This document shows, in pieces, positions 14,693 through 27,049 of a stretch of DNA of 64,000 nucleotides. The position numbers were made by a program, and so were the translations under genes. The notes beneath the pieces were generated by a model. That model was not told the DNA's origin and ran no database searches. It saw nothing but the letters and a program-made list of their open reading frames with translations. How positions within the stretch are numbered: the first letter of the stretch is position 1; the number at the start of each line of letters is the position of its first letter. Source of the stretch: Octopus bimaculoides (taxonomy: Eukaryota); NCBI RefSeq assembly GCF_001194135.2, contig NC_068990.1, forward strand, positions 90,339,481-90,403,480, in the 5' to 3' direction.

Positions 14693-14860
14693 ATGGAAAG
14701 TCTTCCTGGTAAATATCATAGCCTTATTGTACTATGTGATTTTAATTATGAATACGAAGTAGTCCGTGTCTATCAAAAAGAGGTCGTTGATCAACTGCTT
14801 CAGTCAAATTTCAAAATATTAAATTCCACACTGATCAACTTTACATTTCATCCTTCCGTG
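14693..14860 (+). mobile_element. Possible LINE AP-endonuclease relic
   Basis: The ORF contains LIVLCDFN, similar to the APE IILGDFN motif. There is no other support. Confidence 0.25.
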
Positions 14861-15044
14861 TTTAACAGAATAATGTATCCGTCAAGTCCTGGAATCGATT
14901 TCATCCGCTACATCCAGCCTTTAAATTTGTGGTTTTGTGCCTATCTAACGAATCAATAATAATGATTTCATACATTGACCCACGGGCACGCTTTCTTTGA
15001 TCACAGACGAACATGAGTGGATCGATCTAATATCTGTCATCGTC

Positions 15045-15195
15045 TTACTTTTACTTGTTTCAGTCGTTGGACCGCAGCCATGTTGGAGCTCTCTTGAAGG
15101 GGTTTGTCGAACAAATTGACCCTTTTTTTAAAAGTCTGGCATTTACTCTTTCATTCTTTTTTGAGCTTCTTAACCACAGACCTAGTATTTGATTG
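15045..15195 (-). mobile_element. Family A SINE 3' fragment
   Basis: cttttacttgtttcagtcgttggaccgcagccatgttggagc. Confidence 0.75.
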
Positions 15196-15399
15196 CTATT
15201 AATTTACTGGCCTCGAGGAATGAAAACTAAAATTATCGTCAGTGAGGTTCGAACTAACAAGCTCAATGGGCGTAGTTCGGAAACGTGTCAATATAGGAAA
15301 TCCTCCACTTTGGTAATCTAAAATTCTTCTCCATAAACAGTAGAGAACTCATAACAAAAGTGAAAAAAATAAAGAAAGTCTTGTGAGCTCCTGGTGATT

Positions 15400-15595
15400 T
15401 CAGTTGTGCTGGTGCCACGAAGGAAACGTCCAATACACTCTCTGTGGTCAACATTAGAAAGCAATTCTACCGTAGAAGCCATACCAAAGCAAACAGGAGA
15501 ACAATGCAATTCTCGGACCCGTCGGATTCTGTCAAAACGTTCAACCCTCGCTTACATGAAACGTGGATTTAAAAAAATGATGATGAGTAGGAGGA
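15400..15595 (+). mobile_element. Degenerate retroposon 3' end with (GAT)n tail
   Basis: gtcaaaacgttcaaccc...aaaaatgatgatgag resembles the RTE-type tail of octopus repeats (recalled consensus). Confidence 0.45.
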
Positions 15596-16721
15596 GAGGG
15601 AAGTTACTCATCTCTTGTTAGCCTTGACAATGGTCTGCTTTGTTCCTTTTAAGGAATGCGCCCAAGCTGATCCTATCGGTTTTGATTCCTTTTCAAGATA
15701 AGGGCCTTGACATTAACTCACAGCTGGTGACGGATAATAAAGAGAAGTAAAAAAAAAAAAAAAGATTCGGCAGGGAACCGAAAGCTAAATCCTCGTTTTA
15801 GCAGATCATAAACAGTTGTAGACACTCACGTGAACATAAAATAGAAAAGTGCAAAGAAACTACATCAATATCCACAATATGAAAGTAGACAACAGAAGAC
15901 GTAGATAGCTGTGTTGTGTTATTTATTCTATATATATATATTTTCCTGGAAAATGTATATCATTAAAAGTTGTCTGCTAACAAAAAAAAAAAAAAAAAAA
16001 AGAAGTAGAGAGAAAACAATCAAGCTATTTTCTCATTCGATATATTTCTCTTTATTGCTAATATTTTCTTTCATTTCTAGTTATTTCGAAAAATTATTTT
16101 ATCGATCTATAAAATATATCTTTATGAAAAAAAAAAAGAAAGAAAGAAATCATCAAAATAAAATAGTATCCTTCTGGTTAAAAATGTCTGACTGTATGCA
16201 GACACGCTCTTAGTTTGGTTTTCTGTGAGACAGAGCAAATACGTGTGTCTTTGTGCGAGAAATAGCAGTTAAACTCCCTCACAACATCCTCCTGTCTTTA
16301 AAAGATGGGAAGAAATACTGAATAATATTATCTTAGATGCGATCGAAGGAACGATTCGTTGATGACGGTTAAACAATCTTTGCTCAAACGTCTTCTCTAC
16401 AAGTTCTTTTAAGAATATGAGGCTTGTGGACGCGAGCGACGACAAACCGCTCCGTGTATATCAGTCCCTGAAGATGTTACTGGCTTAGAACATGGTTGCG
16501 ACATCTCGAAACTACGTTCCTCATAAGATTGGCTTTAATAGAAGATACATGAGGCTCAAGTTGATCTCAGTAGATGCCAGAATCCCAGTTTGAAGAGATT
16601 CTATCGGCATCAACAAGGAAAACACAGAACGCTTTTTTTCTAGTATTTTTAATTCTACATTTAGCATAGATGATTCTGAGACGGACATGATGATAATGAT
16701 GATTCTGAGACGGACATGATT

Positions 16722-16776
<55 letters not shown>

Positions 16777-16789
16777 CGACGATGATGAT

Positions 16790-16985
16790 AAATTGCGAAT
16801 TAGTAGGATCAAGCCAGACAGCTGAAGAAACTGGAAGACTAAGGCAACAATTATTCTTGAGCTAACTGGGGCACTCGGCACAACATCCAAAATGCCTCTT
16901 GAAAAAATTTCAGGTGTTGGCATTACGACTCACATTGTCGACTATCAGAAAAGCACCATTCCTGTATTCTGCTAGAATCCTAAGA
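16790..16985 (+). mobile_element. R4/Dong-like non-LTR retrotransposon 3' end, subfamily 1
   Basis: Pieces KATIILELTGALGTTSK, HIVDYQKS and ARILRTIPEM* match the restriction-like endonuclease C-terminus (IPVVIGALG...QK..LLGTARILR). Follows a (GAT)n tract. Confidence 0.7.
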
Positions 16986-16989
16986 ACGA

Positions 16990-17514
16990 TTCCTGAGATG
17001 TGAAGAGACGTGTCATCAAACTTCAAGATATCATTCCTCCAATTAAATGAGCATCTACTAACATGACAACAATACCTGTTGTCATAGGTGCCCGAGGAAT
17101 GATAGAAAAAAAAGGGCAGATTACTACCTAGGTCAGATACCAGGAAATCCCAAAATGGAAGAAATACAAAGAAAGGGCTCACGGGAACTGCCCATATCCT
17201 ACGTAAAATAATCGTCGATATAATCCCCAAAATACTTTAATCCGTAAGCTGTGTCAAAATACATTTAAATGTACATAACAGCAAACACCTTTTACTGTCA
17301 TCACTTTTACTGTCATCGTGTAATCAAATTACTTTTAGAACAAACTTCTAATTTACTTCTCTTTTGACAGCTATTCTTTTGAACAATACACTGTGCAAAA
17401 CCAAAATATATGGTACCCTTGTCATAACATCAACATGAACTTCTAACTTGTCTCTTGAGGTCTCTGGGTGAAAGGTAGAATCAACTTGTACAAATACAAA
17501 CCAGAAGTCAAACT

Positions 17515-17586
<72 letters not shown>
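16990..17586 (+). mobile_element. R4/Dong-like 3' end, subfamily 2, with 3'UTR and (TAA)n tail
   Basis: TTIPVVIGARGMIEKKG / QIPGNPKMEEIQ / TGTAHILRKI, then 3'UTR (17400-17515) and a (TAA)n tail (17516-17586). Confidence 0.85.
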
Positions 17587-17969
17587 TAACAAAGATTTAG
17601 TTATACCTGGACCCTCAGTAATACACATCCAAAAAATAGCCCAATTCAATTTTACAACCTAAACAAAATATACAAACACAAGACACACTCTGTATAGCAA
17701 ATATCCAATGAAATAAAATACCACCAGCCGGCTGGTACCCAATGCATTACACACACAACACACAATACAAGCAAAATACAACAGCAAAAAACTGCACCAT
17801 ACCCAATAAAAAAGAAACTGACGCAATACAATACTGGCAAGAGTTTGCACACACCCGACAACAAAAATGACACACAGTGCTGCACACACCCAGCAACATG
17901 TGGCAGGTTATGCAGTAGAAATTTGCTTGAAACTACCAAATATTGAATAGTAATGATAATAATAATAAC

Positions 17970-18003
<34 letters not shown>
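17587..18003 (+). mobile_element. Probable further R4/Dong-like 3' fragment ending in (TAA)n
   Basis: DLVIPGPSVIHIQKIA resembles the NIQKIA motif, followed by an A/C-rich UTR-like stretch and a (TAA)n tract. Confidence 0.45.
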
Positions 18004-18005
<2 letters not shown>

Positions 18006-18440
18006 TTGTTACAATATATCGATTATACACTAATTCTATTAAATTACGGCTGTGTATCAATGTAAGGAATTATTATTATTATTATTATTATTGTTCAGTA
18101 GTTTTATTTTTATAACGTGCTTTCACCTCACTACCGAGCGCAGCTCTGTGCGCCTTGGGTATGTGCTGTGGTTTGCTGTGGTGCTCTTATGGTTACTGTA
18201 TTGAAAGTGTTTTGCGTAGGATGTGTGCAGTGCCCAGTAGTGCAATTTTCTGTATGTTACAAATATATATAACATACAGAAAAAATTGCACTACTGGGCA
18301 CTGCGCACATCCTACGCAAAACACTTTCAATACAGTAACCATAAGAGCACCACAGCAAACCACAGCACATACCCAAGGTACACAGAGCTGCGCTCGGTAG
18401 TGAAGTGAAAGCACGTTATAAAAATAAGACTACTGAACAA

Positions 18441-18471
<31 letters not shown>

Positions 18472-18536
18472 TCCTTACAGTGATACACAGCCGTAATTTA
18501 ATAGAATTAGTGTATAGTGGATATATTGTAACAAGT
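18004..18536. repeat. 533-bp fold-back palindrome built from an R4/Dong-like 3' end (NIQKIALLGTAHILRKTLSIQ*, 3'UTR, (TAA)n) plus flank
   Basis: Arms 18004-18259 and 18270-18536 are reverse complements with about 8 substitutions, a 2-nt indel and different TAA-run lengths. The loop is 10 nt (caaatatata). Confidence 0.95.
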
Positions 18537-19541
18537 GCATAACTGGTTGTTCTTTAATCGATCTCGGGTGAGAGAACCCAGGCAGAGTAAAGACAAGTTA
18601 TTTCTATTTAACTAAGGAGGTTTACAGTCGAATATAAGCATTTATTATTTAATGACATAGGAATATTTCTCAAGAGTATCTTCTGATTGAAGAGCATAAG
18701 TGTAAGAAGCCGGTGAACATAACGTACCGAACCGGAATTTATTTTTAACGAGTATCAATTAGACTTGCAATGAGAGGGAAACTTATTACAAGAAAAGTTA
18801 TTAACGCTGATTAATTTTCTTCCCATTAAGGATTTATTCTAAAATTATTAATAATTATTTACCGTCCATTAAGTTAGTTATGTTAGTCCCCACTTAGAAA
18901 CTTAAATGCAGAAGTACACAACTTCATATATGAACAGACATTGTACAACCAATCACAGGAGCAGTGTTCATGAAATTTTTCATTTCTATTTCCAGAAGTT
19001 TCATAGAGATATTATTAAAGTGAAATAACCAAAGTGGGGGTAAACGAAACCCCTGGTAGCATATATATCTTCAAGCCGTCGTGCTTAGTAGTGTATTATA
19101 GATCTTTCAATCTATATATTAACGGCAGTTATCTTGCAACAGAACCATTACCAAATCGGTAGATTTCCTGCAATGAAAGAATCAATTTCTCTTTAAATTT
19201 TCAATACTTTGCAAATTGAAAATTTATTGAATATAAATCTACGTGATCACAATCAAAATATTATACGTTTCAATGTGAAATATGGGAGGTTGATCTGCTG
19301 CATATCTTCAGCGGCTAATTCTCCATTACTATGTGTTACGTTTCACCCAGCATGACAGAGTCGTTAATGCATCAATGGCGGAAAAGCTTTACAATAAGCA
19401 TTTGTATACATAATCACTCTTCATTCCATTTAGCATATATCTTCCCCACCATTACACAATCTGGCTCTCTGAGTTTCTGCTTCTATCTCTCTCGCTTCCT
19501 TTTTTTTCTCATCATGTGTGCCTGTGTATGTATATCTGTGC

Positions 19542-19587
<46 letters not shown>

Positions 19588-19848
19588 ATATATATATATA
19601 TTGAAAACACACACACTTATACAGACACACGTACGCACATACGAGCAAGCTAGTTTTCCTAAAGACTCAGCTGTTATTACATATCACACAAATTCTTACT
19701 ATTTCCTGATCTTTTATAAGCTTGCATGAAAATAAAAGATTTGTTGAAAGACGTAGAATATAACCGATTAATGCTGCATAAGTACATCTCACCCACTCTT
19801 CCTCTCTTCCTTTCTCTCTCTCTCACCATCTCTATATTTGTCTGTCTG

Positions 19849-19879
<31 letters not shown>

Positions 19880-20023
19880 ACGTATACACACACACATGTA
19901 CATATATAATCATCCTACTATCTATATTTTAATTTCATATACCTTGCACACGTTCTCTCAGTTTCTCTGTACATATAAGTATATACGAGTGCATGCATAC
20001 ACAGAGACACGTGCGCGCACACA

Positions 20024-20064
<41 letters not shown>

Positions 20065-20434
20065 GCACGTTGTCTCATTGTTATGAATGATAACTTGAGT
20101 AGGCTTTATGAAAAAATACAAACCTTTTAACTTACACAACAGAAAAGGCTCGAGTTAAAAACACATGCATACACACATACACACATACATACATACACAC
20201 ATACATACATACACACATACATACATACATAGATACATACATACATACATACATACAAAACTGTCCTACGAACGGGAGCGTGAAACTCTGAGTAACAGTT
20301 TTTGTGATATTTTTGCTGCTTTTTAATAAAGTATATATAAATGTGTGTATATATNNNNNNNNNNNNNNNNNNNNNNNNNNNNNNNNNNNNNNNNNNNNNN
20401 NNNNNNNNNNNNNNNNNNNNNNNNNNNNNNNNNN

Positions 20435-20471
<37 letters not shown>

Positions 20472-20479
20472 GCGTGTGT

Positions 20480-20955
20480 GTGTGAAAGCACATGGCTTAG
20501 CGGCTATGGTGCTGCACTCATGATTGTGAGGTCGTGGTTTCGATTCTCATGTCCCATGGTGGCGGACGGTAGGTGCATCTCTGAACATGAGCAGAATTAC
20601 TGGGGGAGCATCAGCATAACTGTGTTGATAGGAATTCTTTTGGGTTTAAATGGTTCACTTCTGGAAACATGGATGTTTCGTTCAACATCCTTTAACAACC
20701 TTTAATCATTTGAGCGGGATGGGCCACTCGACACGAAGAAAGCTCTAACTGGGCCGCACCTTCAAGGTAATGTGCTGTTTATCTTGATATGAGATCACCA
20801 TGTGGCGCACATGTGGTTGTGATGCATGTGCTTGATGTACCCTTATGAGACCGGTGGTTACGATGGGTTTACTGGGCTTCGTATATTTTACCCCAAGCTC
20901 ACTTTGGTGGCAGGCTCTCCTCTCTCACTCATTAATAATGATGATGATGATGATG

Positions 20956-20998
<43 letters not shown>

Positions 20999-21012
20999 CA
21001 ATAATAATAATA
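20480..21012 (+). mobile_element. tRNA-headed composite retroposon with (GAT)n(AAT)n tail (family C)
   Basis: Head tggcttagcggctatggtgctgcactcatgattgtgaggtcgtggtttcgattc (A/B-box-like); 3' end ...ctctctcactcattaataatgatg followed by (AAT)n. Confidence 0.6.
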
Positions 21013-21779
21013 TCAGTATGTGCGTGTTTATGTTCGTGAGTGTGTGCGTGTATACATCCTACATATTTATACATATCTATACTGCATATAGAAATGTATA
21101 TATACATGTATTTATAAACGTTTACGTTTGTGTATATGTGTGTGTATTCTTAATACATTCTTGCTTTACAAAACATATTGAGTAATTCTTCAGTTTTGTG
21201 TTCCCACATACTCTGTCTCTCACCTCCCTCCCCCTTTCTCTCTCACACACCCACATACATTTCGACAACCGGTACTATTAGTTCGTGTATCCAGTGACCC
21301 CTCATTAGGGTTGGATAATCTGATAACGTCCTTAATATTATAATTTCAAGTCAAACCGTGTAATTTCATTATTGATCTCGCATAAATGTAAAACCTACCT
21401 AAGTAGCAGAATGTCGATTTAATCGCCCTCCAATGCCATAACCCGGAAGCATAAAAGAAGATGATATCGATCTCAGGAAAATTTTCATTCAGCGCATATA
21501 TACATGAAACGGTCATAAACGAAAGCCACAAGCACATTTTCTGCTTTTTTTTTTCAAGATTTTCCTTTATCTGGAATTTAACTTCAGCGCTGTACTGTGC
21601 GATCTATTATCAAGATAAGACGAGAGCCATTGCCTTCTCGCTCAACCTTTTAGAAATAGCAGCGATACTATAATCAAGCCAGAGCATATTAATAAAAAAA
21701 AACAAAAAAAAAAAAACAATACATGTAGGCCATATTAAATAATGGAATGTTAGATACGTTGTTTTCAAAAGATACAAGT

Positions 21780-21852
21780 GGTCGCGTAGCCTGATGGATA
21801 AGGCATCTGACTTAGAATCAGAAGATTGTGAGTTCCACTCTCGTCGCGGGTG
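21780..21852 (+). pseudogene. tRNA-Arg(TCG)-derived pseudogene; anticodon now reads TAG
   Basis: GGTCGCG TA GCCT GATGGATA AGGC A TCTGA CTTAGAA TCAGA AGATT GTGAG TTCCACT CTCGT CGCGGGT G aligns base for base with the metazoan tRNA-Arg-TCG body. D and anticodon stems are intact. The acceptor stem has a G2:G71 mismatch, and A14 and the B-box R57 are mutated. TTTT lies at 21860-21863. Confidence 0.85.
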
Positions 21853-21865
21853 AATGATCTTTTAA

Positions 21866-21915
21866 AGTCGGTGCTCCAGCATGGCAGCAGTTAAATGACT
21901 GAAACAAGTAAATGA
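21866..21915 (+). mobile_element. Family A SINE 3' tail immediately after the tRNA pseudogene
   Basis: gtcggtgctccagcatggcagcagttaaatgactgaaacaagtaaa. Confidence 0.85.
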
Positions 21916-23949
21916 ATAGTCAAGATTTTCCCTTCTGTTTTTACAAAGCCTCCCTGACGGAGCGGTACGAAAGGAAAACTATATGAACATAAAGAAGAAA
22001 CTTTTTTAGTACATATCAGTCTAGCCGCCGATTGTTGTTTAGTATTACTGAAAATTGGCGAACTGAAGAGGAATTTGGATACAGCATCACACAATACTGA
22101 ACAGAATTTGCCACTCAGCCGCTGTAGTTGAGTTTGCTTATTCTATATTGCCTCAGTGAGACGCCAGCGTGCCGACAACACGGACGTCTTTTTTTCATGA
22201 AGCTTCAGTTGTGTACTCAAGCCATAATGATATGAAAATTATATGTGAGAATATAAGTGTTGCTTAGGAAAGCGGCGAGCTGGCAGAAACGTTAGCAACT
22301 TGCTTCTATCTGACAGTATTTACTTCTTACCTTCAGTTCCGTCTTGCAGAACGCATTGACTCAAACATNNNNNNNNNNNNNNNNNNNNNNNNNNNNNNNN
22401 NNNNNNNNNNNNNNNNNNNNNNNNNNNNNNNNNNNNNNNNNNNNNNNNNNNNNNNNNNNNNNNNNNNNNNNNNNNNNNNNNNNNNNNNNNNNNNNNNNNN
22501 NNNNNNNNNNNNNNNNNNNNNNNNNNNNNNNNNNNNNNNNNNNNNNNNNNNNNNNNNNNNNNNNNNNNNNNNNNNNNNNNNNNNNNNNNNNNNNNNNNNN
22601 NNNNNNNNNNNNNNNNNNNNNNNNNNNNNNNNNNNNNNNNNNNNNNNNNNNNNNNNNNNNNNNNNNNNNNNNNNNNNNNNNNNNNNNNNNNNNNNNNNNN
22701 NNNNNNNNNNNNNNNNNNNNNNNNNNNNNNNNNNNNNNNNNNNNNNNNNNNNNNNAAAAAAAAAAAAAAAAAAAAAAAAGAGAAGAAAAGAATATGGCCG
22801 ATGTTTCTAACATGTGGGACAATAAATGAAATGATGTCTGACTGAAAGTAAAGAGATGTCTGGGACAACTAATTTTCTTTATTGTGGATGAATACGAACC
22901 AATTATTTCTACCAGAAGCAATACTTCCATCCAATCCTTTGGGAACATATTCCTTCAATTTGATTCTCTTTACAAAAATAGCAGATCAGAAGAAGCCAGA
23001 GATTTCCTTTAAGTTCAGAGAATGTTATCTCGTAAAACTTCAGAAACTCACACGCTATTTTAAAATACAATTTCGTGATTTGTGACGCAGCCATTATTTT
23101 TATTATTTTACAACTTTTTCATTCATTTTATCAGTTTATTACTCATGTAAATGTCTATCTTCATAACAGATCATACAATGCTCCAATTTATTATCGTATT
23201 GTCAATTTCGCCTGTTCATATATTAAACCTCATTCTCTATTAGAATATTTATTACTGCACCATTGTGTGTGATTTATTACTTTCGTAATTTTCATCATTT
23301 TTCCTACCTATTTAAAACAAGTATGCTGTATTAATAATTGTCTTTTTATATTGTAATAATCATTAATCCATCATAGCGCCACTACACTACCTTCTGTTTA
23401 GAAAATCTGTAGTTTCCAGATGTAAAATTCGAGGTGCAGTAACGAAATTAATTTCCTAATGTTGTAATTTAATAACAGCTATTCGCATACAAATAGTTGA
23501 TGACGTCGACCCTAGCACTAGGCTAGTATTTCATTCTGAAATAGAGGAAATAGGCATAAAACCTAGCTATGTTCAGCTCCACAAAACAGTCTTATTAGGA
23601 TGCTTAGACATGTTCTTGGTATTTAACTTTTACTTGTAGCTCGATGTTAGGAATTTCTGTTTTCCAACAGTGTAATCTGTTTTCGCATATACGAAATAAT
23701 AATGATAATAACAATAATACTAATAATTCGATAGATATTACAAGTTAGCTTAGGAGGTTAAGTAGTTGTTGTCGATGAAAACAGTGGTAGTAGTACTAAT
23801 AATTGTCGGAGCTCTGGGAACAGTGAGTAAAAATCTTGTAGGCTATTTCTATCTCAGTTACGCAAACGTAAGCAGAATTACTATTTAGTCTTAAAATACA
23901 TCGGACATATTCAGAGAACCCTCTTGGTTTAGGGGTGCGGAATGTTCTT

Positions 23950-24035
23950 CCGGTATTCTTTTATTCTTTTACTTGTTTCAGTCATTTGATGGCGACCATG
24001 CTGGAGCACCGCCCTTTAGTCGAAGAAATCGCTGC
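23950..24035 (-). mobile_element. Family A SINE 3' fragment
   Basis: ttttacttgtttcagtcatttgatggcgaccatgctggagcaccgccctttagtcga. Confidence 0.85.
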
Positions 24036-24036
24036 C

Positions 24037-24074
<38 letters not shown>

Positions 24075-24098
24075 TATTATTATTATTATTATTATTAT

Positions 24099-24308
24099 TT
24101 CTACAATAGACACAAGGCCTAATATTTGGGGGAGGGGTTTAGTCGATTACATCGACCCCAGTCTTTCACTGGTATTTCATTTATCGATCCCGAAAGGATG
24201 AAAGTTAAAGTCGACCGCGGTGGATTTCGAACTCAGAAAGTAAAGGCCGACGAAATGACACTAAGCATTTCGCCCGGCGTGCTAACGTTTCTGCCAGCTC
24301 GCCGCCTT
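24099..24308 (-). mobile_element. Full-length CORE-type tRNA-derived SINE (family B)
   Basis: Minus strand: aaggcggcgagctggcagaaacgttagcacgccgggcgaaatg...ctgagttcgaaatccaccgcggtcgactttaactttcatcctttcgggatcgataa. A/B boxes plus a CORE-like domain; flanked by (AAT)/(TAG) repeats. Confidence 0.9.
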
Positions 24309-24334
24309 AATAATAGTGATAATAATAATCACAA

Positions 24335-24391
<57 letters not shown>

Positions 24392-25142
24392 AAGCAGCAG
24401 CAGTCTTGATTTCAAAATGTATCATGCGACAAATTTGCTAGAGAAGAGTGGAATCGATTAAAACGAAGGCTTATTTGACCAGGAGTGAGAGAGATGTTTG
24501 TGTTGGCACCTGCTTGGATGTTTGACCAACGTATTAATTAACAAAGAGGGAACGTGTTCCTGATATAGGTAGAAACGTATAATTACGTGTCCAATCTGTT
24601 TAGACTCTCCTAACAGCTTTCTTTTCAAACCAATATCGAATAAAAATTGTATACATAATTCTACTGATGAGCATCCATAGTTAGATAAACACACAAACAC
24701 ACACACATATATGTAGATGCATACAAACACACACAAGCATACAATATTTTAACAATATTCGAATTTATGTGCTGGAATATANNNNNNNNNNNNNNNNNNN
24801 NNNNNNNNNNNNNNNNNNNNNNNNNNNNNNNNNNNNNNNNNNNNNNNNNNNNNNNNNNNNNNNNNNNNNNNNNNNNNNNNNNNNNNNNNNNNNNNNNNNN
24901 NNNNNNNNNNNNNNNNNNNNNNNNNNNNNNNNNNNNNNNNNNNNNNNNNNNNNNNNNNNNNNNNNNNNNNNNNNNNNNNNNNNNNNNNNNNNNNNNNNNN
25001 NNNNNNNNNNNNNNNNNNNNNNNNNNNNNNNNNNNNNNNNNNNNNNNNNNNNNNNNNNNNNNNNNNNNNNNNNNNNNNNNNNNNNNNNNNNNNNNNNNNN
25101 NNNNNNNNNNNNNNNNNNNNNNNNNNNNNNACAGACACACAA

Positions 25143-25179
<37 letters not shown>

Positions 25180-25203
25180 CATATATATATATATACATAT
25201 ATA

Positions 25204-25360
25204 CGATGGGCTTCTTTCAGTTTCCGTTTACCAAATCCAAGGCTTTGGTCGGCCCCTGGTTATAGTAGAAGACACTTGCCCAAGGTGCCACGCAGTGGGG
25301 CTGAGCCCAGAACCATGTGGTTTGTAAGCAAGCTACTTACCACACAGCTACTCCTACGCC
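25204..25360 (-). mobile_element. Family A SINE 5' half
   Basis: gggcttctttcagtttccgttt...acacttgcccaaggtgccacgcagtggg...taccacacagctactcctacgcc. Confidence 0.9.
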
Positions 25361-27049
25361 TGGTGTTAAAATTCCAATGGAATTTCAACATGAATATAGA
25401 CATATATGCAGTGTATTTCAGTATATATAGACAAACATATGCACGTGTATATATACATACATATAGATATGTATATATACATGTGTGTATATGAATATAT
25501 GATTGCGTGTATTTGTTTGTATGGTGCGAGACGGGTGGGGGGGGGATACGACTGGTGGCCGGTGTATATTCTACTTGCGTTGTTTTTATTGATAATTGTA
25601 CACAAATGCCCTTCCATGGCAGCGAGAATTATTATCTTCTATAAAAGAAATATTTTACTGAAAACCGTCAATGATTTTATAATCAACGTTGTCTTTGTTC
25701 TTATGTCGTTGAATATAATTTTGGATTACACTGTTTATTCAAGCAGAATATGTTTGTAGATATCAATATCACGTTACTGGTATTTAAATTCATCCTTTTT
25801 GCGGAGTTTGACGACCAATACCAGTCGACCACTTCTCTTTCTTTCGTAACAAAAGTTACTTCTTAGCAGAGTTCTGAATTCGAATTATAGAAAACAGGCA
25901 TATCTATATACATATTTAACATTAGATCACGCTTACACAAGACTCCACAAACATGCTATATGTGTATATATGTATATATGTATATATANNNNNNNNNNNN
26001 NNNNNNNNNNNNNNNNNNNNNNNNNNNNNNNNNNNNNNNNNNNNNNNNNNNNNNNNNNNNNNNNNNNNNNNNNNNNNNNNNNNNNNNNNNNNNNNNNNNN
26101 NNNNNNNNNNNNNNNNNNNNNNNNNNNNNNNNNNNNNNNNNNNNNNNNNNNNNNNNNNNNNNNNNNNNNNNNNNNNNNNNNNNNNNNNNNNNNNNNNNNN
26201 NNNNNNNNNNNNNNNNNNNNNNNNNNGTATGTATGTATGTATGTATGTATGTATGTATGTATGTATGTATGTATGTATGCATGTATATGTACTAATTTGT
26301 ACTTATTCTCATGCATATATTTCCATGTGTATACATACGCATATATATTTAAGTAACACACTTCTGGAATGTTTTACAGATTTTCACAATTCGAGTGATG
26401 GCTTGGATCTGCAATGTTGTATGTATGTATGTATGTATGTATATATGTATGTATGTATGTATGAATGTATGAATGTATGTTTGTTTGTATGTATGTATGT
26501 ATGTATGTATGTACGTGTGTATGTGTGTGTGTATATGCAGGTATGTATACATGTTGCATGCGGTTATAAGATTTATAAGAACTCCAAAGAATTTTTCTTA
26601 AGTCGTCTAAGCGACGCATAACTTAGATAAAGTGCCAAACCAACAATTATAAATCATTATATATTACTCGAGGCTATGACATAAATGTAAAGTGACGAAA
26701 TAAAACGGATAAGAACAGATATCTGATGCACCATATTATTAGAGATGCCAAATTATTGATCTTCCCCTACAACAAAAGTCTTATATTTATCATGTGATAC
26801 TCTATCTTTATCTAGAGTAAAGCTCTCTGTCGATAGTCGAAATGGTGCACAGCTCTCAGAGCGATTTTCGATCAATCCAATATATTTTATAGGAATGTGG
26901 AAAAATAACTAGTTGATCCCTAAAATAATGTACTGAGACATAAAAATATTTACCGTGAAGGTAGCAATTACTTGAGGAAATGAAATTTCATGTAGAAGAC
27001 GGGACTGATCGTGTTGGCTTCGTGAACTTTATTTATTCATTTTTGTACA

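Noticed and set aside
16465-16520. CTGAAGATG...CGAAAC hammerhead-like spacing
   Set aside because: Stem II cannot close next to GAAA (the AGATGT/ACATCT pairing uses core bases), and no stem I partner follows.
16673-16730. Tandem duplication of gatgattctgagacggacatgat
   Set aside because: Two copies next to a (GAT)n tract; ordinary slippage, not a CRISPR-like or functional array.
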